From Syntrophales bacterium (GTDB lineage Bacteria; Desulfobacterota; Syntrophia; Syntrophales; UBA4778): DNA of 64,000 bases. The DNA lies in assembly GCA_041946925.1 (NCBI GenBank), contig JBHGBI010000009.1:719-64718 (forward strand), given 5' to 3'. Positions within the stretch are counted from its first letter, which is position 1; each line of letters opens with the position of its first letter. Shown here piece by piece: positions 35,707 through 46,323 of the stretch. Under the pieces are notes generated by a model that was given only the letters and a program-made list of their open reading frames with translations, ran no database searches and was not told where the DNA came from. The position numbers and the translations under genes are program-made.

Positions 35707-36153
35707 TCAACAACCGTCGATGGACATGGGGACTCTCGAGGATATTTCCTTGAACCCGAGCTTACGGTAGAGATCATCCGAATCCTTGACGGCTATCAGG
35801 CCGATCCACGATATCCCGTCTTCCTCGAGGCGTTTCATGATGAGTTTTACGATCCGGGTTGCGATCCCCTTCCTTCTGAAGGATTCCTTCACTATGACGT
35901 CCTGAATGTAGGCGTCACTGGCCCTGTCGCTGATCGCCCTGCCCATCCCGACGATCTCTTCCTCTTTTATGGCGACGACAAAGCAGTGGCTTCCCGAAAC
36001 GATCCGGCGGGCCCTGCCAGGAATACTATCGTCTTCATCCGTCCACCACCCCGCAGCCCGGTAAAGCGTCTCTATCTGCCCGATCTGTCCGGGATCCGGC
36101 CTCACCACAAAAAGGTATTTCACTTTTTCTTCGTGCTCTCTATGCGAGGCCAT
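35707..36153 (-). CDS. GNAT family N-acetyltransferase
   Basis: YIQDVIVKESFRRKGIA, LYRKLGF. Confidence 0.9.
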   Translation of the reverse strand: MASHREHEEKVKYLFVVRPDPGQIGQIETLYRAAGWWTDEDDSIPGRARRIVSGSHCFVVAIKEEEIVGMGRAISDRASDAYIQDVIVKESFRRKGIATRIVKLIMKRLEEDGISWIGLIAVKDSDDLYRKLGFKEISSRVPMSIDGC

Positions 36154-36191
36154 CAGCCTTGCACCTGCCCGGCATGTTTTCTGTTGTTCTG

Positions 36192-36220
36192 ATCATAGGA
36201 TGGAGATACAGGCATGTCAA
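36192..36220 (-). promoter_or_regulatory. Sigma70-type promoter for the GNAT gene
   Basis: TTGACA-N17-TATGAT on the minus strand. Confidence 0.75.
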
Positions 36221-36298
36221 TCCAGAATTCGAAGTCCAGGTCTTTTTGAGCATTGAGATTTTGATATTGGCATTTGTTTCGAATTTAAAGTTTCGTGC

Positions 36299-38002
36299 TC
36301 AAAATTTTGCTATGGCGACGGCTGCCAGCGCGACTGATACGATCAATTTGATCAGTACGCCTGGGAATAACCCGCTGAACATATCTGCGGCGTGTTTTTC
36401 GAAAAGATTCGGTTCATTGCCGGGTTGCCTGACACCAGCCTCCTTTGATCCCGCATGCCACACCAGAAATCCCGTTGCCGCGCCGGCAAGAACCGTCCCG
36501 GCCAGAAAGCCGATGGTAATTCCGGGGCCGGCAAGAAAACCTGCTGCAAACAGGATCAGCAAAATCATGATGAAAGGCAGGTATATCCTTTTCCATGAGG
36601 GGCCGGTTTTAAGAAATGACGAGAACATCAGGTAAGCAGCGGCCATACCTAAGATAAGCCCCGCCATACCCGGAAGAATGTCCGGTGATCCCCGGAAGCC
36701 TTCTTTAAGAGTCGCAGCATAAGCAGCGCATCCCGCCGAAGCGGCAAAGATCGAGGAGGTCAGGACATATCCCCGCCCCGGATCCGGCGACCTGCGACTG
36801 TGTATCATCCCGCGCAGATAGGATTCTCCCTGTCCACCACCACTGCCGGGTTTTCTGAAAAAACGACCTGCAATGTTGAGAGCGGCCGACACAGATAAAG
36901 TTCCGCTGATCCCCAGAGCCGCGAGAGCTACTCCGTAGAGACCTGCAAATATGTGAGACATCCAGATCGCGGTCGCCGTGAAAACAGCCGGCAGTATTAC
37001 TCCCTCCGCTCGTGAAAACAGATACTCAGCCTTACCCACTCTCTCGGGGCTGCTGTAATAATCAATGAGTAATCCCGTCAGAAGAGGAATCACAGCACCC
37101 AGCGAGACTGCCCAGAAGGGTCCCGACCTGTCCAGCATCCCGGCTTCGGCAAGATCATCTGAAGAAAATACCGCCATGTTCTTCCTGACCAGCAGAAATG
37201 CGACTGCAATGAATATCCCGGCTGAGATCCACCTGCTCCAATGCGCCTTTTCTTTTGAGAACAGGATAACGGCGATCCCAGCCAGCGAGGCGAGATAACC
37301 CGCCACAACAAAAAGAACAGGCAACTCCTGCCATTCCGCATAACCGCCTCCGGTAACCGATCCTGCGATCATCGCCGAGGTGAATGACAGAATGAATGAA
37401 ACCAGAAGATCCGTATTTGCTAGGGACACTGCGGTCGCCAGAAGAGCGGGGGTGCTTTTCCCTCGCATTCTCTCTGAACGTCCGGCCGCGATAACACAGA
37501 AAAACAGAACCAGGGCGCCCCCCACGGAGAAGCTTCCCATAGCAGCGGAATTATCCACCGCGGAAAACTGGAAGAGAAGACCGGCCACTGTCAGGACCAA
37601 ACCGGGCGGAAGGAGGCCCGCCGCGGAGCCGGCATAGCGGGCCAGGCCCCATGCCCCGCCGCGGTAATCTCCGCCGGGTAAAACGGAAATGCCTCCGATC
37701 AGCAGGCAGGCAATGCGGAAGGCAAGGTATACGGAAGCGATCGCCGCGGCAACGCCGATTACGAATACAAAGGAGGGGATAAGGGAATCCAGGACAAAAA
37801 AAGGGGTAATGAAAGCGACGGCGGCCGCGAAGAAAAAAGGCAGCTCCCTTTTAGCCGCCCGGACGATTTCTTCCCGGCCCGCTTTCGACTCAGCCGGACC
37901 CCGGCCGATATATGAAAGATGACGAAGAGGAATACTCAGGATAGACGATGCCGTGATTCCGGCGAATCCAATGATGCTCGCATATATGCCCAGGAATTCC
38001 AT
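36299..38002 (-). CDS. Membrane pyrophosphatase (HppA)-like polytopic protein without catalytic motifs
   Basis: TM segments match HppA (FWAV..LIDYYSS, FAGLYGVALAALG, GRGYVLTSS, GVLIKL); acidic catalytic loops absent; TGATG overlap with pth. Confidence 0.75.
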   Translation of the reverse strand: MEFLGIYASIIGFAGITASSILSIPLRHLSYIGRGPAESKAGREEIVRAAKRELPFFFAAAVAFITPFFVLDSLIPSFVFVIGVAAAIASVYLAFRIACLLIGGISVLPGGDYRGGAWGLARYAGSAAGLLPPGLVLTVAGLLFQFSAVDNSAAMGSFSVGGALVLFFCVIAAGRSERMRGKSTPALLATAVSLANTDLLVSFILSFTSAMIAGSVTGGGYAEWQELPVLFVVAGYLASLAGIAVILFSKEKAHWSRWISAGIFIAVAFLLVRKNMAVFSSDDLAEAGMLDRSGPFWAVSLGAVIPLLTGLLIDYYSSPERVGKAEYLFSRAEGVILPAVFTATAIWMSHIFAGLYGVALAALGISGTLSVSAALNIAGRFFRKPGSGGGQGESYLRGMIHSRRSPDPGRGYVLTSSIFAASAGCAAYAATLKEGFRGSPDILPGMAGLILGMAAAYLMFSSFLKTGPSWKRIYLPFIMILLILFAAGFLAGPGITIGFLAGTVLAGAATGFLVWHAGSKEAGVRQPGNEPNLFEKHAADMFSGLFPGVLIKLIVSVALAAVAIAKF

Positions 38003-38598
38003 CAATCCCGATCCGTTTTCCCTTCATGACCGCTGTTTCTCACGTTGAATTTATTCATCGCCTTTTGTATCTGCGAGGAAACGAGCATCCCGACCGCTTC
38101 ACACGCCCGTTCGACCTGCCGCGCGACCAGCGGAATATCTTCCTTCGAAAAACTCTCCAGTACATAGGACTCGACCATTTCTTTCATCAGCGGCTTCCCG
38201 ATGCCCATCCTTACTCGATGAAACTCCCGGGAACCGAGATGCTCCATTATCGAGAGCAGCCCTTTGTGTCCGCCCGCGCCACCTCCGGTCTTGACCCGCA
38301 CTACCCACGGTTCCAGATCGAGATCATCATGCACAATGATCAGATCATGTATGTCCCCTTTATAATAGCTCAGAATGTCCCGTGCAGAGATCCCGCTCAG
38401 ATTCATGAATGTCAGGGGCTTGACAAGCAGGGCGGCAATCCCCTCGATGAATCCCTCTCCGACAAGGGCGTTGAATTTCTTCCGGTTGACGGGAATCCCG
38501 TGAATCCCGGACAGTTCGTCAACGACCATAAAGCCCAGATTATGTCTGGTCAATCTGTATACGGCTCCCGGATTGCCCAGCCCGATGACGATTTTCAT
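38002..38598 (-). CDS. pth: Peptidyl-tRNA hydrolase
   Basis: GLGNPG..TRHNLGF, KPLTFMNLSG, HDDLDL, GGHKG. Confidence 0.97.
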   Translation of the reverse strand: MKIVIGLGNPGAVYRLTRHNLGFMVVDELSGIHGIPVNRKKFNALVGEGFIEGIAALLVKPLTFMNLSGISARDILSYYKGDIHDLIIVHDDLDLEPWVVRVKTGGGAGGHKGLLSIMEHLGSREFHRVRMGIGKPLMKEMVESYVLESFSKEDIPLVARQVERACEAVGMLVSSQIQKAMNKFNVRNSGHEGKTDRD

Positions 38599-38713
38599 GT
38601 CGATCCCAGTCTATAATTTACCTTCGACAAGTTCAGCGACAGCATAGGCTCAATTTCTCACCTTTTTGGCTTCTGGCTCCTTGCCCTTTCTTCCTCGCCC
38701 TTAGCCCTTATAA

Positions 38714-38752
38714 CAAAAAGCCCCGCTTTTCTCGAAGAAGAAACGGGGCTTC
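38714..38752 (-). terminator. Intrinsic terminator after rplY
   Basis: AAGCCCCG/CGGGGCTT stem followed by a U-tract on the minus strand. Confidence 0.75.
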
Positions 38753-38820
38753 TCTGAAATAGAGCATATTCCTTTTTCCATGAGGGCTTGGCTACCCGGC
38801 CTTGTAAATCCAAACGTTGC

Positions 38821-39480
38821 TTAGCTTTCTTCCTCCTTGCCTTTAGCGGTAATCACTTCCGGCTCCTTTTTCTCCTCTTCACCGGCTCCCTCCTCGACCG
38901 CCGGTGCTGCTTCGAGAACTGTCTTGGCGGATACGGCTGCCACGGCGATATCCCCTGCGTCCAGAATTTCAATGCCTTCCGGAAGATGGATATCGCTGAC
39001 CTTGACGGAATCTCCGATATTCAGGCCGCTCACATCCAGTTCTACATATTCCGGAATGGCGGAGGGCAGGCCGGCGATCTTCAATTCCCTTTTCAGATGG
39101 TGCAACTCGCCGCCATCGGCGAGACCGGCGGGAACGCCGGTCAGGTGAATGGGCAATTCCAGAATCAGTTTATGATCCATGCGGATTTCGTAAAAATCCG
39201 CATGGTAAAGACTCCTGCTAACGGGACTCGTCTGGAGTTCCTTTATCATCGCTAATTTCTCTACACTGCTTTTGCCGTCCTCGATCTTAAGTTTGATGAA
39301 AACGCTCTCTTTTCTCTCCCTTAACAGCTTGATCAATTCGGCTGTATTGACCGAAAGTGGAGTAGCTTCCGCACCGGCTCCATAAAATACGGCCGGCGTC
39401 CATCCTTGCACCCGCAGCCTCCTCGACGGCCCTTTCCCTGATTCTCTTCGGACGCGGGCATTCAATTCCATTGCTTCCAT
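38821..39480 (-). CDS. rplY: 50S ribosomal protein L25 / general stress protein Ctc
   Basis: RRLRVQGWTPAVFYG, HADFYEI, KEPEVITAKGKEEE. Confidence 0.96.
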   Translation of the reverse strand: MEAMELNARVRRESGKGPSRRLRVQGWTPAVFYGAGAEATPLSVNTAELIKLLRERKESVFIKLKIEDGKSSVEKLAMIKELQTSPVSRSLYHADFYEIRMDHKLILELPIHLTGVPAGLADGGELHHLKRELKIAGLPSAIPEYVELDVSGLNIGDSVKVSDIHLPEGIEILDAGDIAVAAVSAKTVLEAAPAVEEGAGEEEKKEPEVITAKGKEEES

Positions 39481-39583
39481 TTTATATGTTCCTCCTGAGA
39501 TGATGGGCTCAGGGCTTCTTTTTTGAAGTTAAGCGGTCAGTTTCCTTTCCAGCGCCTGATGCCTTGCCCTTTAGCCTTTAGCC

Positions 39584-40525
39584 TCATATAAACAGCGAGC
39601 TCACCGAATCATTGTAATATATCCTTCTGACCGCCTCGCTTAAATGCCCGGCGACCGAAAGGACCTTGATGCGATCGCATGATTTCGCCTTTTCATGCAG
39701 GGGGATCGTATCGGTCACAATCACTTCCTTGATGTTGGATGCATTGATCCTGTCAATGGCAGGACCGGAAAGGATCGGATGCGTACAGCAGACCGAAATC
39801 TCCGTCGCCCCCGCTTCGGCGAGCGCCTCCGCCCCCTGGACGACCGTACCCGCCGTATCGATCATGTCATCGAGAATGATCACCCTCTTGTCTTTGACGT
39901 TTCCGATGATATTCATGACCTGGGATTCATTGGGACCTTCGCGCCTCTTGTCTATGATTGCAAGGGTCGCACCAAGCCTTTTCCCAAAGGCCCTTGCCCT
40001 TTCCACGCCTCCTGTATCCGGAGAGACAATGACCGTATTTTCCGAATATATCTTCCTCACGTACTCCAGCAATACGGGTGTCGCGAAGAGATTGTCGACC
40101 GGAATGTTGAAAAAACCCTGGATTTGGCCAGCATGGAGGTCGATCGAGAGGACGCGGCTCGCTCCCGCCGCCGTGATAAGGTCGGCCACCAATTTCGCGG
40201 TAATGGGCGCCCTGGGCGCGACTTTTCTATCCTGCCTCGCATAGCCGTAGTAAGGTATGACAGCCGTAATGCGGTCTGCGGACGCCCGCTTCATGGCGTC
40301 CATCATGATCAGCAGTTCCATGCAGTTATTATTCACGGGGGGACACGTGGATTGGATGATGAATACGTCCATGCCGCGCACATTTTCATTGATCTCGACC
40401 CTGGTCTCGCCATCGCTGAAAGTGGCTACATTGGCCTTGCCGAGTGCAATACCGAGTATGCCGCAGATCTTCGCCGCCAGTTCTGTATTCGAGTTTCCTG
40501 AAAAAATCCTCATTCTTTCGAGCAT
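39584..40525 (-). CDS. prs: Ribose-phosphate pyrophosphokinase
   Basis: [47 protein letters not shown]. Confidence 0.98.
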   Translation of the reverse strand: MLERMRIFSGNSNTELAAKICGILGIALGKANVATFSDGETRVEINENVRGMDVFIIQSTCPPVNNNCMELLIMMDAMKRASADRITAVIPYYGYARQDRKVAPRAPITAKLVADLITAAGASRVLSIDLHAGQIQGFFNIPVDNLFATPVLLEYVRKIYSENTVIVSPDTGGVERARAFGKRLGATLAIIDKRREGPNESQVMNIIGNVKDKRVIILDDMIDTAGTVVQGAEALAEAGATEISVCCTHPILSGPAIDRINASNIKEVIVTDTIPLHEKAKSCDRIKVLSVAGHLSEAVRRIYYNDSVSSLFI

Positions 40526-40556
40526 GTCGACACCTTCATCAAGATCGGTTTATAAA

Positions 40557-40631
40557 TGGCTGGGGCGGGAGGATTCGAACCTCCGGATGCAAGAACCAAA
40601 ATCTTGTGTCTTACCACTTGACGACGCCCCA
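40557..40631 (-). tRNA. tRNA-Gln(TTG) with encoded CCA
   Basis: TGGGGCG/CGCCCCA acceptor stem, CAAGA-TTTTGGT-TCTTG anticodon arm, GTTCGAAT T-loop; conserved ispE-tRNA-Gln-prs context. Confidence 0.97.
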
Positions 40632-40661
40632 TTATGAGCGGATATCCCGCGTATTGCCGGA

Positions 40662-41501
40662 TTATTCAAGTGAATGTGCGGTAAATACGGATAAGTCTTC
40701 CCGGCGGCTTAATGCCCTGTGTGCCTTTTCCGCGTCTTGCCGCCCGGCGAATACTCCGAAGACAGTCGGCCCGCTGCCCGACATCAGGGAGCCGAGGGCG
40801 CCATTCTCGATCAAAAGCCCCTTCAATTCCTTCAATGCCGGGTGAAGACTAAGGGTGACTCTTTCGAGATCATTCCAGAGTCTCCCGGCAATATCCTCAA
40901 GTGAGAAAAACTTTGGGATGTTAAACTGGATCATCTCTTTTGTCAATCCTAAATTAAGATTTTCATAGACCATTTTTGTGGAGATCTCGAATCCGGGATT
41001 GACCAGGACAAACCACATCGGCGGAATCTTTCCCGCGGGTTCCAGCCGGTCGCCTATTCCGAAAGCCCAGGCTGCGTTGCCGAAAATAAAAAACGGGACA
41101 TCCGCCCCGATAGTCGCGCCGATTTCGATCAAATCATGGGGACTTAGATTAAAGCGAAACAGCTCGTTCAGGCTGACCAGGGTGGTGGCCGCATTCGAGC
41201 TCCCCCCTCCAAGCCCGGCCGCGACCGGTATCCTCTTCTTGATCACAATCTCGATCCCGGGGGATTCCGACACACGGGAGAACAACGCCCGGGCCGCCCG
41301 GTAAACTATATTCCTCTCGTCTTCCGGAAGCGAACTATCCGGGCATGTCACCTTGATCCCGGTGCCTGTGGGAATGAACAAAATCTCGTCATAAAGACTT
41401 ATTTTCTGCATCAGGGTCGCCAGGTCATGGTAACCGTCTTGCCTCTTGCCCAGCACATGAAGCAGGAGATTGACCTTGGCCGGCGACTTCCTCACTATCA
41501 T
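40662..41501 (-). CDS. ispE: 4-diphosphocytidyl-2-C-methyl-D-erythritol kinase
   Basis: PAKVNLLL, KRIPVAAGLGGGSSNAA, GADVPFF, MSGSGPTVF. Confidence 0.97.
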   Translation of the reverse strand: MIVRKSPAKVNLLLHVLGKRQDGYHDLATLMQKISLYDEILFIPTGTGIKVTCPDSSLPEDERNIVYRAARALFSRVSESPGIEIVIKKRIPVAAGLGGGSSNAATTLVSLNELFRFNLSPHDLIEIGATIGADVPFFIFGNAAWAFGIGDRLEPAGKIPPMWFVLVNPGFEISTKMVYENLNLGLTKEMIQFNIPKFFSLEDIAGRLWNDLERVTLSLHPALKELKGLLIENGALGSLMSGSGPTVFGVFAGRQDAEKAHRALSRREDLSVFTAHSLE

Positions 41502-41911
41502 TGCCTGTCTTTTTCCTTTACGTACCTCATCCTCAATTCATAGAGGATCCCGTCCATCAGTTTCTTTTCGTCCTCGTTGAGGTTCCCCCGGGTCTTTTCC
41601 TGGATCATTCCCAGTATGTCGATCGTCTGTTTCGCCGCAGCCAGGTTACGTTCCGCCTTCTTGGAAACCGGGTCCGGGAAGTCCCCGAAATGATACATCG
41701 CCGAGGTGCTCAGCGAAACGACAAAATTAGAGAAATTGACCTCGGGAAAGTACTGCTCTTCTTTCTGCCTCTTTTCGCCTGCGGCCTCTTTCTTTTCTTC
41801 ACGTTTTTCGCCGGCCTCGGCTCCGCGGTCTTCTCTGCGGACTTCGCCCGTCTCGCTGAAAGTACGTTTATCCTTTACGACAAAACCTTTCCCTTTGATT
41901 TCTTCCGCCAT
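41498..41911 (-). CDS. DUF1844 domain protein
   Basis: FSNFVVSLSTSAMYHFG..AKQTIDILGMIQEKTRGNL..LYELRMRYV. Confidence 0.9.
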   Translation of the reverse strand: MAEEIKGKGFVVKDKRTFSETGEVRREDRGAEAGEKREEKKEAAGEKRQKEEQYFPEVNFSNFVVSLSTSAMYHFGDFPDPVSKKAERNLAAAKQTIDILGMIQEKTRGNLNEDEKKLMDGILYELRMRYVKEKDRQ

Positions 41912-41948
41912 GGGGATACTCCTCTGAAAAAAATAGCTTCGGGCTTGT

Positions 41949-42088
41949 GATGATCTCGTAAAAAGTCCGCGTTGTCACTCTGAGCCTGTCAAATAGCCGC
42001 CGGGAATATAACTCATTGATATTACAGCATGCTTCGACAAAATCGGCATGACAACATACACTAATCCTGACGTTTTTACGAGATTATC
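41949..42088. repeat. 140-bp MITE/REP-like element with terminal and nested inverted repeats
   Basis: TIR GATGATCTCGTAAAAA vs GATAATCTCGTAAAAA (15/16); inner arms GTTGTCACTCTGAGCCTGTC and CTTCGACAAAATCGGCATGACAAC. Confidence 0.75.
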
Positions 42089-42126
42089 GTTTGTAGAATT
42101 TTAAAACAGGCCTTTTTCACAACCCG

Positions 42127-42753
42127 CTATTCACTGGAATGCCGACTGTTTGCCGGTTCGTTCTTATATTTCCTGAGATATTGAAGAACACGTTTGACGT
42201 AGTTCCGGGTCTCCTGATAAGGGGGAATCCTGTTATTGTATTTCGCCACCGACGCCTCGCCCGCGTTATAAGCGGCCAGAGCCAGCGGAAGGTCGCCTTT
42301 GAATTGCGCCAGCAGGTATTTAAGATGCCGGACCCCTCCTTCGATATTACTCCAGGGATCGAAGGAATCATCAACTCGGTACGAATAGGCAGTCCCCGGC
42401 ATCAACTGCATAAGTCCCATCGCGCCCTTGCGCGATACGGCCCGGTGGTCGAAATCCGATTCCGCCTTAATCACAGCCTTGATCAGGGCGTAATCCATAT
42501 TGTGCAAATCCGCCGCTTTTATGATGAGGGGATCATAATCCGGATAATTTGCCCGCGACGAACGGGCATGGCCCGGACGGCCCTGCTTTGCCTCCCTCAA
42601 CCACAATTTGAACTTGCGGTCCATCGGTACATTCGTGAGGTGGATAACCCCTTCCTCATCAACATACCTGTAGATATCCGCAGACAAACGGCCGGGCAGT
42701 ACGATGACCGCGGTTGAAAGAAATATGAACAAAATAAGATGAACTCGATTCAT
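42127..42753 (-). CDS. Lytic transglycosylase (DUF4124 + SLT domain)
   Basis: IYRYVDEEGVIHLTN, AVIKAESDF, AVSRKGAMGLMQLMP, AAYNAG, ETRNYV. Confidence 0.94.
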   Translation of the reverse strand: MNRVHLILFIFLSTAVIVLPGRLSADIYRYVDEEGVIHLTNVPMDRKFKLWLREAKQGRPGHARSSRANYPDYDPLIIKAADLHNMDYALIKAVIKAESDFDHRAVSRKGAMGLMQLMPGTAYSYRVDDSFDPWSNIEGGVRHLKYLLAQFKGDLPLALAAYNAGEASVAKYNNRIPPYQETRNYVKRVLQYLRKYKNEPANSRHSSE

Positions 42754-42804
42754 TTATCCGGTTTCAAAGATATTTCTCCGGTATTCAGAAAGATCCTTCG
42801 AGAC

Positions 42805-43659
42805 TCAGGATTGACTGCGGCCGGCCATCTTTCGCAATCTGGCGATCCTCTCCTCAATGGGTGGATGAGTGCTGAAAAGATTGGCCAGGGATCTTGCCGA
42901 CAGGGGATTCACGATGAACATATGCGCAGTCGAAGGATTGGCATCCATGGGGATAGCCTGGGAGGCGCGGGAGAGTTTTTCAAGGGCGCTGGCAAGGCCG
43001 AAAGGCTTGCCCGAGATATGCGCGCCCCCCTCGTCTGCCAGATATTCACGCGACCGGGAAATAGCCATCTGGATAATCATGGCCGCAATGGGCGCCAGAA
43101 TAGCCATCACGATCAGGCCGATTCCGCCCCCCCTGTCTTCCTCATCGCGTCCCCCGAATCCGAATATCGCCGACCACTTGGCCATGTTTGCAAGCATGAC
43201 AACGGCCCCGGCAAGGGTCGCGGCTACTGAGCTGATCAGGATGTCTCTGTCTTTGATGTGGGTCAGTTCGTGGGCGATAACTCCTTCCAGCTCATCGCGG
43301 TTGAGAATACGCATAATGCTGTCTGTTACTGCTACGACCGCATGATTTTCGTCGCGGCCTGTTGCAAAGGCGTTCGGGCTTTCGGACGGTATCACGTATA
43401 CTTTAGGCATGGGCAGGCCGGCTCTTAAAGCCAGGTTCCTTACAATACTGTACAGCTCCGGATAATCGCGCTCCGAAACCTCGCTGGCCTGGTACATTTT
43501 TAGAACAATTTTATCAGAAAACCAATAACTTGCGAAATTCATAACTGCCGCAAAGATAAATGCGATGACGACACCCTGCTTGCCTCCGAAATAACCCCCG
43601 ATCAGCATGAGGAGTCCCGTCAATATACCCAGCAGCAGCCCCGTCTTTATAGTATTCAT
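42805..43659 (-). CDS. htpX: Zinc metalloprotease HtpX
   Basis: [14 protein letters not shown] (HExxH), [18 protein letters not shown]; start re-called at ATG 43659 (GGAGG RBS). Confidence 0.96.
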   Translation of the reverse strand: MNTIKTGLLLGILTGLLMLIGGYFGGKQGVVIAFIFAAVMNFASYWFSDKIVLKMYQASEVSERDYPELYSIVRNLALRAGLPMPKVYVIPSESPNAFATGRDENHAVVAVTDSIMRILNRDELEGVIAHELTHIKDRDILISSVAATLAGAVVMLANMAKWSAIFGFGGRDEEDRGGGIGLIVMAILAPIAAMIIQMAISRSREYLADEGGAHISGKPFGLASALEKLSRASQAIPMDANPSTAHMFIVNPLSARSLANLFSTHPPIEERIARLRKMAGRSQS

Positions 43660-43706
43660 AATCCAGCTTCCTCCATATAATATTATCGAACTCGAAAAGC
43701 CAAAAC

Positions 43707-46313
43707 TCAAATATTATCTCTATTTTCCTTCCGGAATGTCACTTCCCCCTTTTCATTCACATCCACAACAATGTGATCTCCTTCCGTAAACGTCCCTTCC
43801 AGTATCTTCACGGCCAGATTGTCCTGGACGATCTTCTGAAGGGACCTTCTCAGTGGTCTTGCTCCGTAAGTAGGACTATAACCCACTTTAGCAATATACT
43901 GCTTTGCCCTTTCTGTCAATTCCAGTGTCATCCTCCTCTCGGCAAGTCTCTCGGCGAGAAGGCCGATCTGGATGTTGATAATCTTGTCAATATCGCTGAT
44001 GGTCAGCGACCGGAATATGATGATATCGTCAATCCTGTTCAGAAACTCAGGTTTGAACATCGATCTCAGGGCATCAAGCGTTCTGATCCGCCTTTCTTCC
44101 TCGCTCAACGCGAAATCATGGATCCACTCTCCTCCGATATTGGAAGTCATGATCACGATGGTATTTTTAAAATTGACAGTGCGCCCGTGGCCGTCCGTCA
44201 GCCGGCCGTCCTCCAGAATCTGCAAAAGGATATTGAACACATCTGCATGGGCCTTTTCGATCTCGTCGAAGAGCAGAACTGAATACGGCTTTCTCCTCAC
44301 TGCTTCGGTGAGAAAGCCTCCTTCCTCATAACCGACGTATCCGGGAGGCGCTCCGATCAAACGGGCCACAGAATGCTTCTCCATGTACTCCGACATGTCG
44401 ATGCGGATCATGGCCTGTTCATCGTTGAACATGAATTCCGCCAGCGCCCTGGCCAGTTCCGTCTTTCCGACGCCGGTAGGCCCCATAAAGATGAAAGAGC
44501 CTATCGGACGGTTCGGGTCCTGAAGGCCCGACCGGGCTCTTCTGAGCGCGTTGGAAACGGCGTGGATCGCTTCGTCCTGTCCGATGATCCTCTTCTTCAA
44601 TCTCTCTTCCATGTGGATCAGCTTTTCCACGTCGCTTTCCATCATGCGGGACAGGGGGATCCCTGTCCACTTGGAGACTACTTCGGCGACATCCTCCGCC
44701 TCCACTTCTTCTTTGAGCATCTTCTTGTCTTTCTGGATCTCCGCCAGTCTTGCATGTTCATTTTCCAGTTCCCTGTTCAGATCCACCAGTTTTCCATAGC
44801 GGATTTCGGCGGCCTTTGCCAGATTGCCTTCACGCTGGGCATTCAACTCCTCTGTCTTATATTCCTCGATCCTGCTCTTGATCGCCTGTATCTGCTTGAT
44901 CACTTCTTTCTCATTGGTCCAGTGGAGCATCATCCGGTCCTTCGACTCTCTTAACTCGGCAAGCTCCTTGTTTATTTTTTCCAGTCTCTCCCTGGATATT
45001 TTATCGGTATCGTTTTTCAGGGACTGCCGTTCGATTTCAAGCTGGATGATTTTTCTGTCGATGACGTCGATTTCAGCGGGCAGGCTGTCCAGTTCGATCC
45101 TTAGCCGCGAAGCCGACTCGTCGATCAGATCCACTGCCTTGTCCGGCAGAAAACGGTCGCTGATATACCGGTTGGAGAGAGTCGCCGCCGCAATGATCGC
45201 GGAATCCTTTATCCTCACGCCGTGATGGATCTCATAGCGCTCTTTCAATCCTCTCAAAATAGCGATGGTATCTTCGACGCTCGGCTCTCTTACCATGATC
45301 GGCTGAAACCTTCTTTCGAGGGCTGCATCCTTTTCGATGTACTTCCGGTATTCGTTCAGTGTCGTGGCTCCCACGCACCGCAATTCCCCCCTGGCAAGGG
45401 CCGGCTTCAGCATATTGGAAGCGTCGACAGCGCCTTCTGCAGCCCCGGCACCCACCACTGTGTGGATTTCATCAATGAAAAGAATGATCTCACCCTGGGC
45501 ATCCGTGATTTCCTTGAGGACGGCCTTCAGCCTGTCTTCGAATTCGCCGCGGTATTTGGCGCCTGCGATCAACGAGCCCATGTCGAGACCGATCACCCTC
45601 TTGTTTTTTAAACTCTCGGGAACATCACCGTTTACAATCCTCTGTGCGAGGCCCTCAACAATAGCCGTTTTGCCGACCCCCGGCTCGCCGATGAGTACGG
45701 GGTTGTTCTTTGTTCTCCTCGAAAGGACCTGCACGATCCTCCTGATCTCTTCATTGCGGCCGATAACCGGATCAAAAAAACCTTTGCGGGCAAGCTCATT
45801 GAAATCACGCGCATACCGTTTCAATGCCTGGTATTTCTCTTCCGGATTGGGATCAGTCACCCTCTGGCTTCCCCGGATATCCACAAGCACTTTGAAAATA
45901 TTGTCTTTCGTGGCGCCGATCTGCCTCAGGAGTTGTGGCGCAAGGCCCTGTTTTTCATCTGAAATCGCAATCAGAATATGCTCGACACTGACATATTCGT
46001 CTGAAAGACGGGCCGCTTCCGCCGAGGCATTGTCAAGCACCTGTTTCAATCTCTGGGTGATATATATCTGCCCGGGCATGCCGCTTCCCATGACTTTCGG
46101 GGTTCTATTCAGGAAGCTCTCCAGCTCGCGTTCGATATGCCGTTGATCAGCTCCGAGCTTTTGGAGAATCGAGCCCACTATCCCCTCAGGCTGGCGCATA
46201 AGGGCCAAAAGAACATGCTCTACATCTATCCCCTGATGACCGTAAGTTTCGGCCAGCCTCTGAGCGTCGTTCAATGCCTCCTGAACTTTTAAAGTAAATT
46301 TTTCAAATCTCAT
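43707..46313 (-). CDS. clpB: ATP-dependent chaperone ClpB
   Basis: Two Walker A motifs ([16 protein letters not shown]), middle coiled coil, [13 protein letters not shown]; start re-called at ATG 46313. Confidence 0.98.
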   Translation of the reverse strand: MRFEKFTLKVQEALNDAQRLAETYGHQGIDVEHVLLALMRQPEGIVGSILQKLGADQRHIERELESFLNRTPKVMGSGMPGQIYITQRLKQVLDNASAEAARLSDEYVSVEHILIAISDEKQGLAPQLLRQIGATKDNIFKVLVDIRGSQRVTDPNPEEKYQALKRYARDFNELARKGFFDPVIGRNEEIRRIVQVLSRRTKNNPVLIGEPGVGKTAIVEGLAQRIVNGDVPESLKNKRVIGLDMGSLIAGAKYRGEFEDRLKAVLKEITDAQGEIILFIDEIHTVVGAGAAEGAVDASNMLKPALARGELRCVGATTLNEYRKYIEKDAALERRFQPIMVREPSVEDTIAILRGLKERYEIHHGVRIKDSAIIAAATLSNRYISDRFLPDKAVDLIDESASRLRIELDSLPAEIDVIDRKIIQLEIERQSLKNDTDKISRERLEKINKELAELRESKDRMMLHWTNEKEVIKQIQAIKSRIEEYKTEELNAQREGNLAKAAEIRYGKLVDLNRELENEHARLAEIQKDKKMLKEEVEAEDVAEVVSKWTGIPLSRMMESDVEKLIHMEERLKKRIIGQDEAIHAVSNALRRARSGLQDPNRPIGSFIFMGPTGVGKTELARALAEFMFNDEQAMIRIDMSEYMEKHSVARLIGAPPGYVGYEEGGFLTEAVRRKPYSVLLFDEIEKAHADVFNILLQILEDGRLTDGHGRTVNFKNTIVIMTSNIGGEWIHDFALSEEERRIRTLDALRSMFKPEFLNRIDDIIIFRSLTISDIDKIINIQIGLLAERLAERRMTLELTERAKQYIAKVGYSPTYGARPLRRSLQKIVQDNLAVKILEGTFTEGDHIVVDVNEKGEVTFRKENRDNI

Positions 46314-46323
46314 CCTATCCCCC

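Noticed and set aside
42127-42753. SLT as the VirB1 of the T4SS
   Set aside because: 11 kb away in the clpB-htpX housekeeping run with a common DUF4124-SLT architecture; use in trans cannot be excluded but is unsupported
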